From Octopus bimaculoides (taxonomy: Eukaryota), in assembly GCF_001194135.2 (NCBI RefSeq), contig NC_068982.1, positions 135,547,892 to 135,584,272 of the forward strand: DNA of 36,381 nt, in the 5' to 3' direction. Below the pieces are notes generated by a model. That model was not told where the DNA came from. It ran no database searches and worked only from the letters and a program-made list of their open reading frames with translations. Each line of letters starts with the position of its first letter. Within the stretch, counting starts at the first letter, position 1. Below, piece by piece: positions 21,446 to 32,975 of this stretch. The translations under genes and the position numbers were made by a program.

Positions 21446-21503
<58 letters not shown>
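21446..21503. repeat. (TAA)n microsatellite
   Basis: Direct reading. Confidence 0.97.
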
Positions 21504-21505
<2 letters not shown>

Positions 21506-22022
21506 GCCTGGATGCAGTACCAGGCAGTGGCTCTCATGGCTTCTGATCTTAATTGATTTGAAGTGTTATGTACATTNNNNNNNNNNNNNNNNNNNNNNNN
21601 NNNNNNNNNNNNNNNNNNNNNNNNNNNNNNNNNNNNNNNNNNNNNNNNNNNNNNNNNNNNNNNNNNNNNNNNNNNNNNNNNNNNNNNNNNNNNNNNNNNN
21701 NNNNNNNNNNNNNNNNNNNNNNNNNNNNNNNNNNNNNCATGGGTGTTTTGCTCAACATCCTTAAACAAACCTTATTCAGCGACCTTTTGAGCGGGATGGG
21801 CTACTCGACCTGAAGAAAATTCTAACTGGACCCCACCTGCGAGGTCATGTGCGGTTTATCTTGATATGAGATCACCATGTCGCGCACACGTGGCTGTGAT
21901 GCATGTGCCTGGTGTACCCTTATCAGACGGGTAGTCATGATGGGCATAATGGGCATCGTATACTTTACCCCAGTGTCACTCTGATGGCATGCCCTGCTCT
22001 CTCACTCAATAATAATAATAAT
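21504..22022 (+). mobile_element. Non-coding interspersed element bounded by (TAA)n on both sides (contains the N gap 21577-21737); possibly an R4/Dong 3' UTR or non-autonomous derivative
   Basis: Starts immediately after (TAA)n (atgcctggatgcagtaccaggcagtggc) and ends ctctctcactc-aataataataata (22008-22022). Recognised as an octopod repeat; class is inferred. Confidence 0.55.
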
Positions 22023-22030
22023 GACGATGT

Positions 22031-22372
22031 AAAACGTTTTATAGTATCCCACATAATTGGCTACGCAAGGCCTTTGAGATATACAAGTTCTCTCCTGTAG
22101 ACTCCAAATTCTTACAAGGTACATGGCCAAGTGGAATACACGTCTCCTTCTAAACCATATTAAGGGGATATGCCAATCTAACAACATCAACATAAAACGA
22201 GGCATCTTTCAAGGTGACTCTCTCTCCCCATTACTTTTTCGCATGGCATTGACCCCACTCTCAAAAGAACTGAGTAACACCAGGTATGGGTTCAAAATGT
22301 ATAACATTATAGGATATCATCTATTTTATATGGATAAGCTGAAGCTGTTTGCTAGAAATGACGAAGAGCTAA
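22031..22372 (+). mobile_element. Reverse-transcriptase fragment of an R4/Dong-clade retrotransposon, frameshifted
   Basis: Frame 2 from 22031: KTFYSIPHNWLRKAFEIYKFSPVDSKFL (AFDS.PH.W motif region). Frame 1 from 22123: MAKWNTRLLL...NIKRGIFQGDSLSPLLF...HLFYMDKLKLFARNDEEL (GIFQGDSLSP and YMDD>YMDK motifs). Confidence 0.9.
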
Positions 22373-22934
22373 CTGTTATTTTTCTTTTCTACGAATAAAG
22401 TTAAGAAATCCCTATTTTGGCGGTTCCCACGATGTTATTACCAATTCTAGAAAAACTCTACAACGCAAAATACCTTCAGCATGTGAGTAGTATGAAGAAA
22501 CACCTTCGAATGTATGCCTCCCATTTTCAATCACTGTTCAACGAAACAGGCGATCGACTCTTATCATCATTTGATTGAGAGACGGATCGTTACAGTTTAA
22601 GTGTATAGTAAATGAGTTTCTGTGCAGGTGGCAACAAAACGGAGTGACAGCAGCTACTTCGTTTATCCGCCAAACCCCCATACATGTTTACAGTCAAGTT
22701 TAACATAAAGAGTGGTTGTAGCAAAGGATGTATTGTTCAGTAGCACACTTGTAGAAAGGAGGATGAAAATGATGAACATGTCCCAAATGAATGGCACTTG
22801 TTTCAGCCGATAATCTGGCGTGTTTACAGTGTGTCTAGTGTCACGGTGTTTGATATTGATAACACTTTGATGGATGTTTGAACAATATAATTGAAACTAA
22901 TAGAAAATAGGAAATGAACTTGAGGAAATACTGA

Positions 22935-23126
22935 TTTCAAATTTTGGCACAAGGCCTGCAATTCCGAGCGAGGAGGTAAATAGATTTCACCTACGCTAGT
23001 TTTCAACTGCTACTTATTTTATTGTACCGAAAAGGATGAAAGGCAAAGTCGACCTCTACGGAGTTTGAATTCAGAGCGTAAAGCATTTTTCCCAACGCGC
23101 TAACGAATGCACCAGCTTGCTGCCTT
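22935..23126 (-). mobile_element. Diverged SINE family B
   Basis: + strand aaaggatgaaaggcaaagtcgacctctacggagtttgaattcagagcgtaaagc...gctaacg...ccagcttgctgcctt matches the other B copies. Confidence 0.8.
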
Positions 23127-23594
23127 GCATTTGTGGAAATGTTGAAACTAATAAATAATTGTCCTGTCTAATAGACACATAGTTTCTGTATCTGTACTTA
23201 CTCTTATCGATCTGGAATTCTTTCGCCCACGTTTTTGTTTGTGTATCAAAGCTTTCAACTTGTGTGACTGCAGTTTCCGTTTCAAAATTACATCCTCCGA
23301 ATAGATATATTTTGCATCCTGGTGAAAAAAATAATCATTAAAATTTGCAATCAAAATTATGACTATGTACAACAAAATACATTCAAAACGAAAATCACTA
23401 GGTTGTATGTACACCACACGGACCTATATACATTCATTGCCCCTCAAACAGAGTGCTGCTGCTGGAAATAATTTAGCTGATATATTTTTCTCTTATTAAC
23501 GCTGCCATTTTTCTTAATTCGCAGGAATTTTGTGAGAGACGTGGTGTATTTGCAAATCAGTTCGTTTATGTTGTTCCAAGTTGCGAAATGTTCT

Positions 23595-23625
23595 TTCTCT
23601 CTCTCTCTCTCTCTCCGCACACATG

Positions 23626-23685
<60 letters not shown>
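23595..23685. repeat. (CT)n(CA)n compound microsatellite
   Basis: Direct reading. Confidence 0.95.
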
Positions 23686-23687
<2 letters not shown>

Positions 23688-24234
23688 AATTAAAGAAGTC
23701 AGCGGCTGGAGTACATCTAGAGCATAAGCACGGAAATATATCGTCTGAGCAACCACAAATCCTCATTTAGGATACCAGAAAGGCGCAACATCACGTCCCT
23801 GGTTAGTCATGAATTGAGCTTAAAAGAGAGAGGTATGCCATAAATAAATGGAAACTCTTTAAACAACCTGAGCTTTCTCAAGCAGAGAGATCAAGAATCC
23901 AAAAAATCTCGCTTGACCCGGGGCCCCTTTTTTAAACTTCAGGATAGAAGGGTTTAGTCGATGCTCCCAACAAAGTCGTTTCATGTTACACTCTTTGAAT
24001 TCCCCATTCGTCGGATAGAAACAGGACAGCAACTTCTAAAAATCATTGCGGATATGGCCAATGTGAGGGGGAATAACCTCGTCCAGCCTGAAACACTGCG
24101 TGTAGGTTCATTACATTTGTGTATATTTTTTTGTTTTCTCCGTACTGTTCTAGAGAGGTTATGATCCTGAGGCCATTTGAGTCTGACGTGTCACCCATAT
24201 AGCTAAGAATCTATAACAATCAACTTCTTATAAA

Positions 24235-24620
24235 TATTGGATCATCCCATAAATAATGCGTTTTTTCAATTGCATGAACTAAAGGTCGGAGGGAGACGGG
24301 ATAAAGTACCTGCATCAACTTGCTGTTAAAGCAGATAGTAATTTTACCTCGTTTTCTTTTTACTCAAAGTGCAAAGATTGAAGAGTGCAGTTTGATTTTG
24401 ACAGGTATTTTTTTCAAAGCTATAATGGAAGTGACAAAGGAGCGTATTCGCCATATTTTGCTTTATGAGTTCAATAAAGAGAACAATGCAACGGAAAGTG
24501 CGAGGAATATTTTACTGCAGGATATAGGGATCGGACAATAAGCGTAAGCCAGTGTCAGCGGCGGTTCCAGAAATTTGGAACTGGAAACTATAGCCAAGAA
24601 GGTGGACCTCGTCCTGAAAT
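24235..24620 (+). mobile_element. 5' part of a mariner transposon: TA + left TIR and frameshifted N-terminal HTH of the transposase
   Basis: TA(24235-36)-ttggatcatcccataaataatgcg terminus. ATG 24425: MEVTKERIRHILLYEFNKENNATESARNI, then after a frameshift DRTISVSQCQRRFQKFGTGNYSQEGGPRP, matching mariner IRH.LLYEF..G..A..A.RNI...YG...S...C.RWF.KF..G...LED.PR. The DD34D domain is absent. Confidence 0.88.
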
Positions 24621-24860
24621 ATGTAGCTTTATGCTGTAATGGTATGCAAGAGACATTTTTCGGTTCGCTTGCCCGTATACTGTTGCATCTGTTGTTTTGA
24701 GTGTGATATTTGGTGGTCCAAATGAGATTTTAACTCTTATTTCTAGCGGGTAGACTTCATTGCATCTTTTGATTAATATATATATGCCTGTGTGTGTGTG
24801 TGTGCATACTTTTATGTATGTGTGTATGTATGTATGTATGTATGTATGTATGTATGTATA

Positions 24861-25611
24861 NNNNNNNNNNNNNNNNNNNNNNNNNNNNNNNNNNNNNNNN
24901 NNNNNNNNNNNNNNNNNNNNNNNNNNNNNNNNNNNNNNNNNNNNNNNNNNNNNNNNNNNNNNNNNNNNNNNNNNNNNNNNNNNNNNNNNNNNNNNNNNNN
25001 NNNNNNNNNNNNNNNNNNNNNNNNNNNNNNNNNNNNNNNNNNNNNNNNNNNNNNNNNNNNNNNNNNNNNNNNNNNNNNNNNNNNNNNNNNNNNNNNNNNN
25101 NNNNNNNNNNNNNNNNNNNNNNNNNNNNNNNNNNNNNNNNNNNNNNNNNNNNNNNNNNNNNNNNNNNNNNNNNNNNNNNNNNNNNNNNNNNNNNNNNNNN
25201 NNNNNNNNNNNNNNNNNNNNNNNNNNNNNNNNNNNNNNNNNNNNNNNNNNNNNNNNNNNNNNNNNNNNNNNNNNNNNNNNNNNNNNNNNNNNNNNNNNNN
25301 NNNNNNNNNNNNNNNNNNNNNNNNNNNNNNNNNNNNNNNNNNNNNNNNNNNNNNNNNNNNNNNNNNNNNNNNNNNNNNNNNNNNNNNNNNNNNNNNNNNN
25401 NNNNNNNNNNNNNNNNNNNNNNNNNNNNNNNNNNNNNNNNNNNNNNNNNNNNNNNNNNNNNNNNNNNNNNNNNNNNNNNNNNNNNNNNNNNNNNNNNNNN
25501 NNNNNNNNNNNNNNNNNNNNNNNNNNNNNNNNNNNNNNNNNNNNNNNNNNNNNNNNNNNNNNNNNNNNNNNNNNNNNNNNNNNNNNNNNNNNNNNNNNNN
25601 NNNNNNNNNNN
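24861..25611. other. Assembly gap (N run) within TATG/TA microsatellite
   Basis: N run. Confidence 0.99.
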
Positions 25612-25754
25612 ATATATATATATATATATAACATAATATGGTAAAAATTCGATATTAATTAATATCAATTTAATACCAGGAAACTAGCACATTAAAAGAA
25701 TCAGAAGGTTCTTGAAAAATTTTTGGGGAGATCCTAAAAAGATTATAGTACTTG

Positions 25755-25940
25755 TGTATATAAGATTGACCAGTGACCGGTCTGTGAAAATGCAAGAAGA
25801 AGCTCACTTAAATCGAGGTATGTACAATTTTCACTGGTCTAGCCCGCCTGTTTTTGTTCCGCTGAATCCGTATTTGAGAATTTTTTAAGTGAGCTTCTAG
25901 CATTTTGACAGACAGGTAACTGGTCAATCTTATACGTACA
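25755..25940. mobile_element. MITE with ~55-bp imperfect terminal inverted repeats (TA-flanked, Tc1/mariner-like)
   Basis: Left tataagattgaccagtgaccggtctgtgaaaatgcaagaagaagctcacttaaa; reverse complement of right tataagattgaccagttacctgtctgtcaaaatgctagaagctcacttaaa. Confidence 0.8.
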
Positions 25941-25944
25941 TAGA

Positions 25945-26112
25945 TACGACAGGCTTCTTTCAGTTTCTGCCTACCAAATCCACTCACAGGGCTTTGATCG
26001 GCCCGAGGCTATAGTAGAAGACACTTGCTCAAGATGCCACGCAGTGGGACTGAACCCAGAACCATGTGGTTGGTAAGCAAGCTACTTACTACACAGCCAT
26101 TCCTGCCCCTAT
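25945..26112 (-). mobile_element. 5' half of SINE family A
   Basis: Matches the head of the other A copies and stops at the position of the internal microsatellite. Confidence 0.85.
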
Positions 26113-27176
26113 TTTGAAATTAATTTTCTTTTGGGTTTGAAAATATAACTTAGAAAACACAAAATATTTCTTAGATAAACTAAGCATGCATACTCTTAAA
26201 TATGCTTCCACAATGAGACGTATACATTTATTTTCCTCACAAACAGGAAAACACATAAAACTTTTCGACACCTTTTGCTGCTATAAAAATTGTATAGGCT
26301 GTCTACAAGAATATTAATAAAATTGGAGACGTTCGATAATAAATGTCTGCTTGAATGTTTGAAGTAAAATCTACTGAGACAACATTTCACACAAATTCAC
26401 ATACGCACACGCACGGACATAAACGTATCCGTCGTGCACACACCTACGTAGACATATACGCACGTACAAACAAATATGACTACATTATATGTACACATAT
26501 ACAATAAATGTTTGGGCCTGATTATTTATTAATTGTTATTTGCATTATTGAAGCAGTGACTAATCTTAAATGAACCTAATATTTATGCCATTTCAGTTTG
26601 ATTGATGAATTTTAGTTGTTTACAGTCTTCATTTTTACGATTTAGGTAATTAAAGAAAAAAAAAACGTTAAGACAACAACATATTGCTGTGAAGAAGACA
26701 GGAAAAAGAAGGAAAACATAAATGAAGGTTAAAAAATTTCGAAGATTTAGTATTTGTTGAATTTTGCTAGAAAAAATATTAAAATTTGTCTAAAAATGAG
26801 CAGATAAAAGAGAAATATTTTCAATGAGATACAGCTAAGAATCGTTAGCATCATCGAGATTTTATTTAATTGTAGTTTCCACTACCTTTGAATATTTTCC
26901 AAGATAAAGGTTGATTTTATGAGAGTTTGAATTGCACTCGTCAATGAGAGGTAACGTTAGCTTTCTCTTCTGTTTACATGGGAGAGCTAACGTTGTTGAA
27001 CTTAACAATTAGTTGTTCAACAGAATCAATGTATGGGCGGGATTATGATACACCGTTGGTGGAAGTTTAGATGAATATAACAAAATGGGAGACAATATTT
27101 TTCAGGATTTATTTTTGTATATTAGAGATACAGGTCTAGAAATTATTTAATTTTCATTATTTCAGGATAGAAACAA

Positions 27177-27364
27177 CGCTGCCAGTTGGCAGAATCGTTG
27201 GCGCACCGGGCGCAATGATAGGCGGCATATCGTCCCTCTTTACGTTCTAAGTTCAAATTCCGCTGAGTTCGACTTTATTTTTCCGGTGTCGATAAGTAAA
27301 ACACTGTAATCGACTAATTCCTGTAAAAATTTCAGGGATTCTACCTTTAGTGGAAAGAATTATT
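27177..27364 (+). mobile_element. Diverged SINE family B with internal deletions
   Basis: gccagttggcagaatcgttggcgcaccgggcg (A box), ctaagttcaaattccgctgagttcgacttt (B box), aaatttcaggg...tttagtggaaagaattatt tail. Confidence 0.75.
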
Positions 27365-27376
27365 CCAGGATAACAG

Positions 27377-27581
27377 GAAGGTGGATAGCTGACAGATCAT
27401 TAGCATGGCGGGTAAAGGCTTAGCGACATTTTGTCCGCCCTTTCGTTCTTTGTTCAAATTCGGCTGCTGTCGGATTTACCTGGTAGAGTCGATAAACAAA
27501 GTACCAGTTGTGCACTAGAGTCGATGTAATCGACTTATTCCAGAAGTTCGTGACAATATGCCAAAATTTAAAACCATTATT
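27377..27581 (+). mobile_element. Diverged SINE family B, tandem to the previous copy
   Basis: gaaggtggatagctgacagatcattagc, ttgttcaaattcggctgctgtcgga, gtcgataaacaaagtaccagttgtgcactagagtcgatgtaatcgact. Confidence 0.7.
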
Positions 27582-27676
27582 TCAGTATGAATCACGATGT
27601 TAGCAGAATTGGTAAACTATTCGTAAAACAAAATATTTTTCGTACAGAAGAAACAAATACAAAGAATGAACCTCAA

Positions 27677-27678
27677 TG

Positions 27679-27759
<81 letters not shown>

Positions 27760-27761
27760 TC

Positions 27762-27822
<61 letters not shown>

Positions 27823-27852
27823 GTAACTCTCTCTCTCTCCACACACACACAT
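27677..27852. repeat. Compound (TATC)n/(TC)n/(TA)n/(CA)n microsatellite
   Basis: Direct reading. Confidence 0.95.
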
Positions 27853-28202
27853 AAATGTATGTGCATATGTATACAGATATGTGCTTGAATTCATAATTTA
27901 TCTTCCTGTTTTTTTTTGTTACTCAAACAATATCTTCTGTAATATATCGAAATATAGCGTAGTACTTCTCAATCGTCCTAAAAGCACTTACTTGCAAAGA
28001 AGATTAACCAGAGAGCTAGAAGCCGTGGGGGTAAAGTAAATGTTCACCTCAAGAATATTTGCATATTTACACACTGTTGTTGGAATACCTTTCACCCTCT
28101 CTATCTTTCTCTCTCGCTCTCTCAGTTTCTCTCTCTCTATCTCTCTTTTTCTCTCTCTGTATGTGTATGTATGTGGTTATATCTATATATAATTATGTAT
28201 GT

Positions 28203-28620
28203 ACTCTTTTATTATTTTATTTGTTTCAGTCATTTAACGGCAGCCTTGGTGGAGCACCGCCTTTTCTTTAAGTCGAAGAAATCCACCGCAGGACTTATTC
28301 TTTGTAAACTTAGTACTTATTCTATCGGACTGTTTTTGCAGAACTGCTAAGTTAAGGGGACGTAAACACACTACCATCGGTTGTCAAGCGATGGTGGAGG
28401 AGACAATGACAGACACACAAATATATGCACACACACATACACACACATAGATATATATACGACAAGCTTCTTTCAGTTTCCGTCTACTTAACTCACTCAC
28501 AAAGCTTTGGTCGGCCCGAGGCAATAGTAGAAGACAGTTGCCCAAGATTCCACGCAGTGAGACTGAACCCGGGACCATGTAGTTGGGAAGCAAGCTACTT
28601 ACCACACAGCCATTCCTATA
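28203..28620 (-). mobile_element. Full-length SINE family A
   Basis: Reverse complement aligns to 7439-7838, including the internal (CA/TA) microsatellite. Confidence 0.88.
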
Positions 28621-28796
28621 TATCAATGTGGTTAGAAGTATATTTGCTTATACACTGTTACGCTGCACCCCATCTCTTGTTTGAATAATCAGCAAAACTC
28701 GCAATAACAGTTTAAGACGCCTTAGCTACTGAAACATACATTCATGCGAAGGTACGCACGCACGTAAGTATATATATATATATATATATATATATA

Positions 28797-28863
28797 NNNN
28801 NNNNNNNNNNNNNNNNNNNNNNNNNNNNNNNNNNNNNNNNNNNNNNNNNNNNNNNNNNNNNNN
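28797..28863. other. Assembly gap (N run)
   Basis: N run after (TA)n. Confidence 0.97.
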
Positions 28864-31378
28864 AATTCGAGTTTCTGTATTTACTCTTATGAAGAGCAGT
28901 TCATTCTAGAATGTACGAATGAACACAGAGTCTATAGGTAAGAATACATCGTCATATCAACGAGTTATTTTTAAAACTTACTACATACAAAGTATAATTA
29001 ATTTCTCATGTACTCGATTTCGGTTGTCAGAGAGGTAGTACCTACTACATCTACGACAAATTTAATGAAAAACGCAGTATATTAATAAAGGGTCTAACCA
29101 ACCACTGATAATTGTTAGCACTATAATTAAAAGCAGTAGTAACTCTGTGTCTATTATTGATGGATTGGGTTCAACAGTTGTGTCAGCAGTATCCATGTGA
29201 AATGAAATAATGGCCATTTATCTCTATTTTCCAATGGATTTCGAGTCATTGCTTCAAAGGTAGCAGAGAAGAGAGAATGATGAAAAAGGTAGCCAAGATT
29301 TGAGTAAATTATTTTACGTGGTGAAAAATAGTTGAGACGTGAGAAACACTAAGTTTACAGTTATCGAATGTGGAGAGGTTGTCGATTAGGCAAACATACC
29401 AAGGAATTTGATAGAAATATCTAAAATGGCAGCGATTTCATATAGAACGTGTCAGAAACGAATGGTGAGTGTTAGTTGATTTGTTGTGACTGAAATGGCA
29501 CCGAAATAGACAATAAACTCAGTTAAAGTTGGGGGCACAACGTCATCAACAAACAACTTTCTATAAGAAGAGTTAATCTTATTCAAATAAATAATTCCAC
29601 ACATTTGTTGGTAGAAATTGACAGAAAACGAAATGCAGTGTATAATAATGACAGATTTAGCAAGAAGAGTTGTGTGTAAGTGTCACATTCAGGCGTGGTT
29701 GACGGTCAGAATATATTTGGATGCTAAAAGGCTGTCACCTAGGGGATTACAGTGTAAAGGATGTTACATGTACCATGAAAGGTGTTTAGATTAATTAAAA
29801 GCGAGAAAATATCGTACAATATCAAACTTTGCATCTTCACCTTTCTCAGTCAGAATATGAGCTGTTGTAATTTTGCATATAACATTTCTAAGATTGATAA
29901 ATATACATTAGTATAATAAGATCGAATCAATTACCTATATACTTACTCAAGTATGCATTACTGTTAATGAACGTAGTCATAACATTAACGTTCACATATT
30001 AAACGTCCCTTAGATGAGGATAAATGATATTGTGCACGTTGAGTAAGATGTGGAGAATGCTGAAATATAATCGGTTTTGTAATGCATCAACTGAAAGATG
30101 AAATTCATGAATTGATAATACATCAGATTGTCAGTGCATTGATAGGGACATATGCTTTGCGTGGCATTAAAATTATATTCATATCTTATTGCCTAAAACC
30201 ATCACACACAAATCTAATACCTCTTAGTGTACGACTTCAAATAATAAACACACCACATCATATGTACTTGTTAGATGCACTCTTTACTAGTATAGTACTC
30301 TTAGCAAACTCTGAGGTTATGTACATATTCCTATCTTTAATGTAACTATATCTCAGCTGCAGTGAGTCATGAAGGGATTATGTATAATGAGTGCTTTATA
30401 ACTAATTTGAGATTGATGCGATCAGATATCATTTCACGTTTGAATTCATTTACATTTGCTCTACGTTACTCTGTAATTTACAGATAAGCCATCTGTATAT
30501 GTACGGTTTGACAGAATTATGAAACTGTCGTGATGTTTTTATAACACTCTCATGCGTATATCTATAAAGAATTTGACAATGCTTGTATGTGAGAATAAAC
30601 GAATATTATAACCTTGCTGTTTCTTATTACCTATCATTTTATAACATTGCTGTGTCCCTAATTTTGAAATTTCTTTATGGGAGCTGACACAGCATTTCCG
30701 TCGTCAAATGATTGTCTCTAATAATCATCAGATTCATATATGTCTTTGCTGAGCTAGGGACTTTTATATAACTGCTGTATTCTGCCACTCAAAGTACTTG
30801 CCTTTTGTCTTGAGGATTGCCAATTGCCAGTTTAAATAACACTAAGAATGTTTACGCAACAAAGCAGTGATTTCCACAAAATGCAATCGATGTTTGATTA
30901 CCTAATTTTAAATGTGTTGCATTGCACCGGGGATATTGAGGAGAAGGCAGGTCAAGGTCCCATGGACAGATTAAGTCAGGTGAATCATACGAGCCCAGTG
31001 AAACATGTGGTTTGAAGGCAAATACTCTTGGATTAGTATGCATGCAGACTTTCTTTCCTTTGTCTTTTTCTGTGGTGACTCCTGTAAGATATGAAAAAGA
31101 AATCCATTCATTCTAACATTCAACTTCTTATAAAAAGATTTCTTAAAAATATTAAAATATTAAAATATATTCAGTATCCAGTAAGAGATATAGAGTGCTG
31201 ATGTTGTGCTTATCCTTTCCTACCAGTTTTGTATGCAATAAACTTTACATGAATTCAAATATATTAGTCGGCTGTCCGACACGTTAGTTAACCTCATATT
31301 AAATATTCATATTTGGTTGTGTTAATATGGAGTCAGACGAATAGTGGCTAACAAAGAAATTGTTAACTTTATCATAAC

Positions 31379-31437
31379 CTAATGTTATCTTCGGCTAATG
31401 TTATCTTCGGCTAATGTTATCTTCGGCTAATGTTATC
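31379..31437. repeat. 16-bp tandem repeat (ctaatgttatcttcgg), about 3.7 copies
   Basis: Three perfect units plus ctaatgttatc. Confidence 0.97.
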
Positions 31438-32025
31438 AGTTTTCTTATTTTAAATCCGCTGAAATATTTTAAAAGCAGTACCAATTTTACTCTACGTCTG
31501 TAGACGTGTAAAATAAAAATTTCCTTAGTGAGATAAGTTTACTGCATTTATATCACTAATACAGAAAAAAATCTAATTATATATTAAGTTTCAGAACTTT
31601 ATCCATGACTAGTTATATAGGACTATTGCTGTTGAAGAAAGAATACGTTAATAAGAATCTACGTTCTTCACGCAATTTTTCTATCTTAGTTCAAAATCAT
31701 TTTACTTCGTAGATTTTTAAAATTCTTTTTAATCATAAATTGATTAAAAACTGTACTCAGTTAAAAAAATTATTTTGACAAAAGACATAGACTAGGTACA
31801 TAGCAAATCTGTATAAAAACCGAGAGGATTGTTGCTTCAAGATTATGTTTCACAAGTTGATCGCCACTTGCACAAAACTTGAACGAGGTAGGAAGTTGCA
31901 ATTCGGTATTATGGGTTATTGTGTGCTCACTTTGTTTTTTTATCTAATGCGTCTATATATATATACATATATATGTATGACATATATGTCGTGTAATTGG
32001 TATAAATATATGAATATAGCGTGCG

Positions 32026-32030
<5 letters not shown>

Positions 32031-32073
<43 letters not shown>
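32031..32073. repeat. (TAA)n microsatellite
   Basis: Direct reading. Confidence 0.95.
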
Positions 32074-32076
<3 letters not shown>

Positions 32077-32083
32077 TTATAAG

Positions 32084-32285
32084 TCAAAATTAAAAGAAGA
32101 GTGCCATTGTTATATAGTCAACGATATTTCGACATCTTGTGTGTTTTCAACTGGTTCAAAAAATAATTTTGTCAATGTACTTCATTTTGGTTAATATAGA
32201 AAGGATTGAGGTAACTCCTCCTGAAGATATAGACTCAAAATTAAAAGAAGAGTGCCATTGTTATCTAGTGAACGATATTTCGACA
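32084..32285. repeat. 51-bp direct repeat (32084-32134 and 32235-32285)
   Basis: tcaaaattaaaagaagagtgccattgttat(a/c)tagt(c/g)aacgatatttcgaca: 2 mismatches, 151-bp period. Confidence 0.92.
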
Positions 32286-32289
32286 ATTT

Positions 32290-32975
32290 TGGTAAATTGC
32301 TTCATTAGGCCTAGGTTTATATGCAGTGGTGGCAAAATCATTTTCTCCTTAACTAGTGGTTTGTAATGCACATTATGGTATCCAGGCGTCATAGTTTCAC
32401 GAGGCGCCCATTCTGAGCGTACATAATGTTCTGACCTGGTCCTACTGTCCCACTTGCAAAGGAAGCACATAAACTTGGTGTATCCAGTTTGTAGCCTATT
32501 AAGTAGGGCTACTACTTTCAAGTCTGCATAAATTAGCCACTCATGCTCCTTGTAATTTACGCGGTCTAGAATAAAAGCGAGGTTCTCCTTGGCTCTCTTT
32601 ACATGACTGAGTGAGCAATTATAGCTGAAGGCATTGTGTTCCGAATGGGAAACAGATCCGCTTTTCTGCTGTAAAGGTAGTAAATGTATCCATCTATGAA
32701 TAACCTTCACTCTTTTGGTTCGTAGATCAGCTCAAGGGCATTGAATAGGTCTCGAATATCATAGCAATAAGTGAAGTTGTTTTACAAAGTGAAGAATTGC
32801 TGTAGATCAGGAGAACGCTTCTTAAATGCTGTGATTTGAGCGTCTTTATCCAATAGGTTCTATTGTTGCAGACGTGAGGCCAGGACTTCGCTCTGCTGAT
32901 TAGCAAGTGTTAGATCACAAACTAGATCATTGAGTTCAGGTTGGGTGATGAGGTGTGGTTTCGTGTCAGATTTAC
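32290..32975 (-). mobile_element. Transposase remnant, Chapaev3-type (CMC superfamily), pseudogenised
   Basis: Minus: KPHLITQPELNDLVCDLTLANQQSEVLASRLQQ*NLLDKDAQITAFKKR...YCYDIRDLFNALELIYEPKE*RLFID, then ...HEWLIYADLKVVALLNRLQTGYTKFMCFLCKWDSR...NVHYKPLVKEKMILPPLHINLGLMKQF. This matches the ELNDLVRDL...ASRL / WRLFID / GYTK.CFLC.WDSR / PPLHIKLGLMKQF motifs. No TIRs were identified. Confidence 0.8.

Noticed and set aside
22401-22482. Possible 82-nt plus-strand exon (aag|TTAAG...GCAT|gtgagt)
   Set aside because: Short, no homology, abuts a retrotransposon fragment; such splice-like pairs arise by chance.
23961-24164. 67-aa non-repetitive ORF
   Set aside because: No recognisable domain and no good acceptor in frame.
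29060-29470. Minus-strand hydrophobic stretch ELLLLLIIVLTIISG and plus-strand aaaATGGCAGCG...ATG|gtgagt mini-exon
   Set aside because: Mutually inconsistent strands; hydrophobic runs are expected in AT-rich DNA.
30852-31043. CUB-like fragments (C.W.L, SPQYP, FCG) in a 63-aa minus ORF
   Set aside because: Motif order and spacing do not fit a CUB domain, and the acceptor is weak.
31379-31437. 16-bp repeats considered as a CRISPR-like array
   Set aside because: Head-to-tail with no spacers, in a eukaryotic context with no cas genes.
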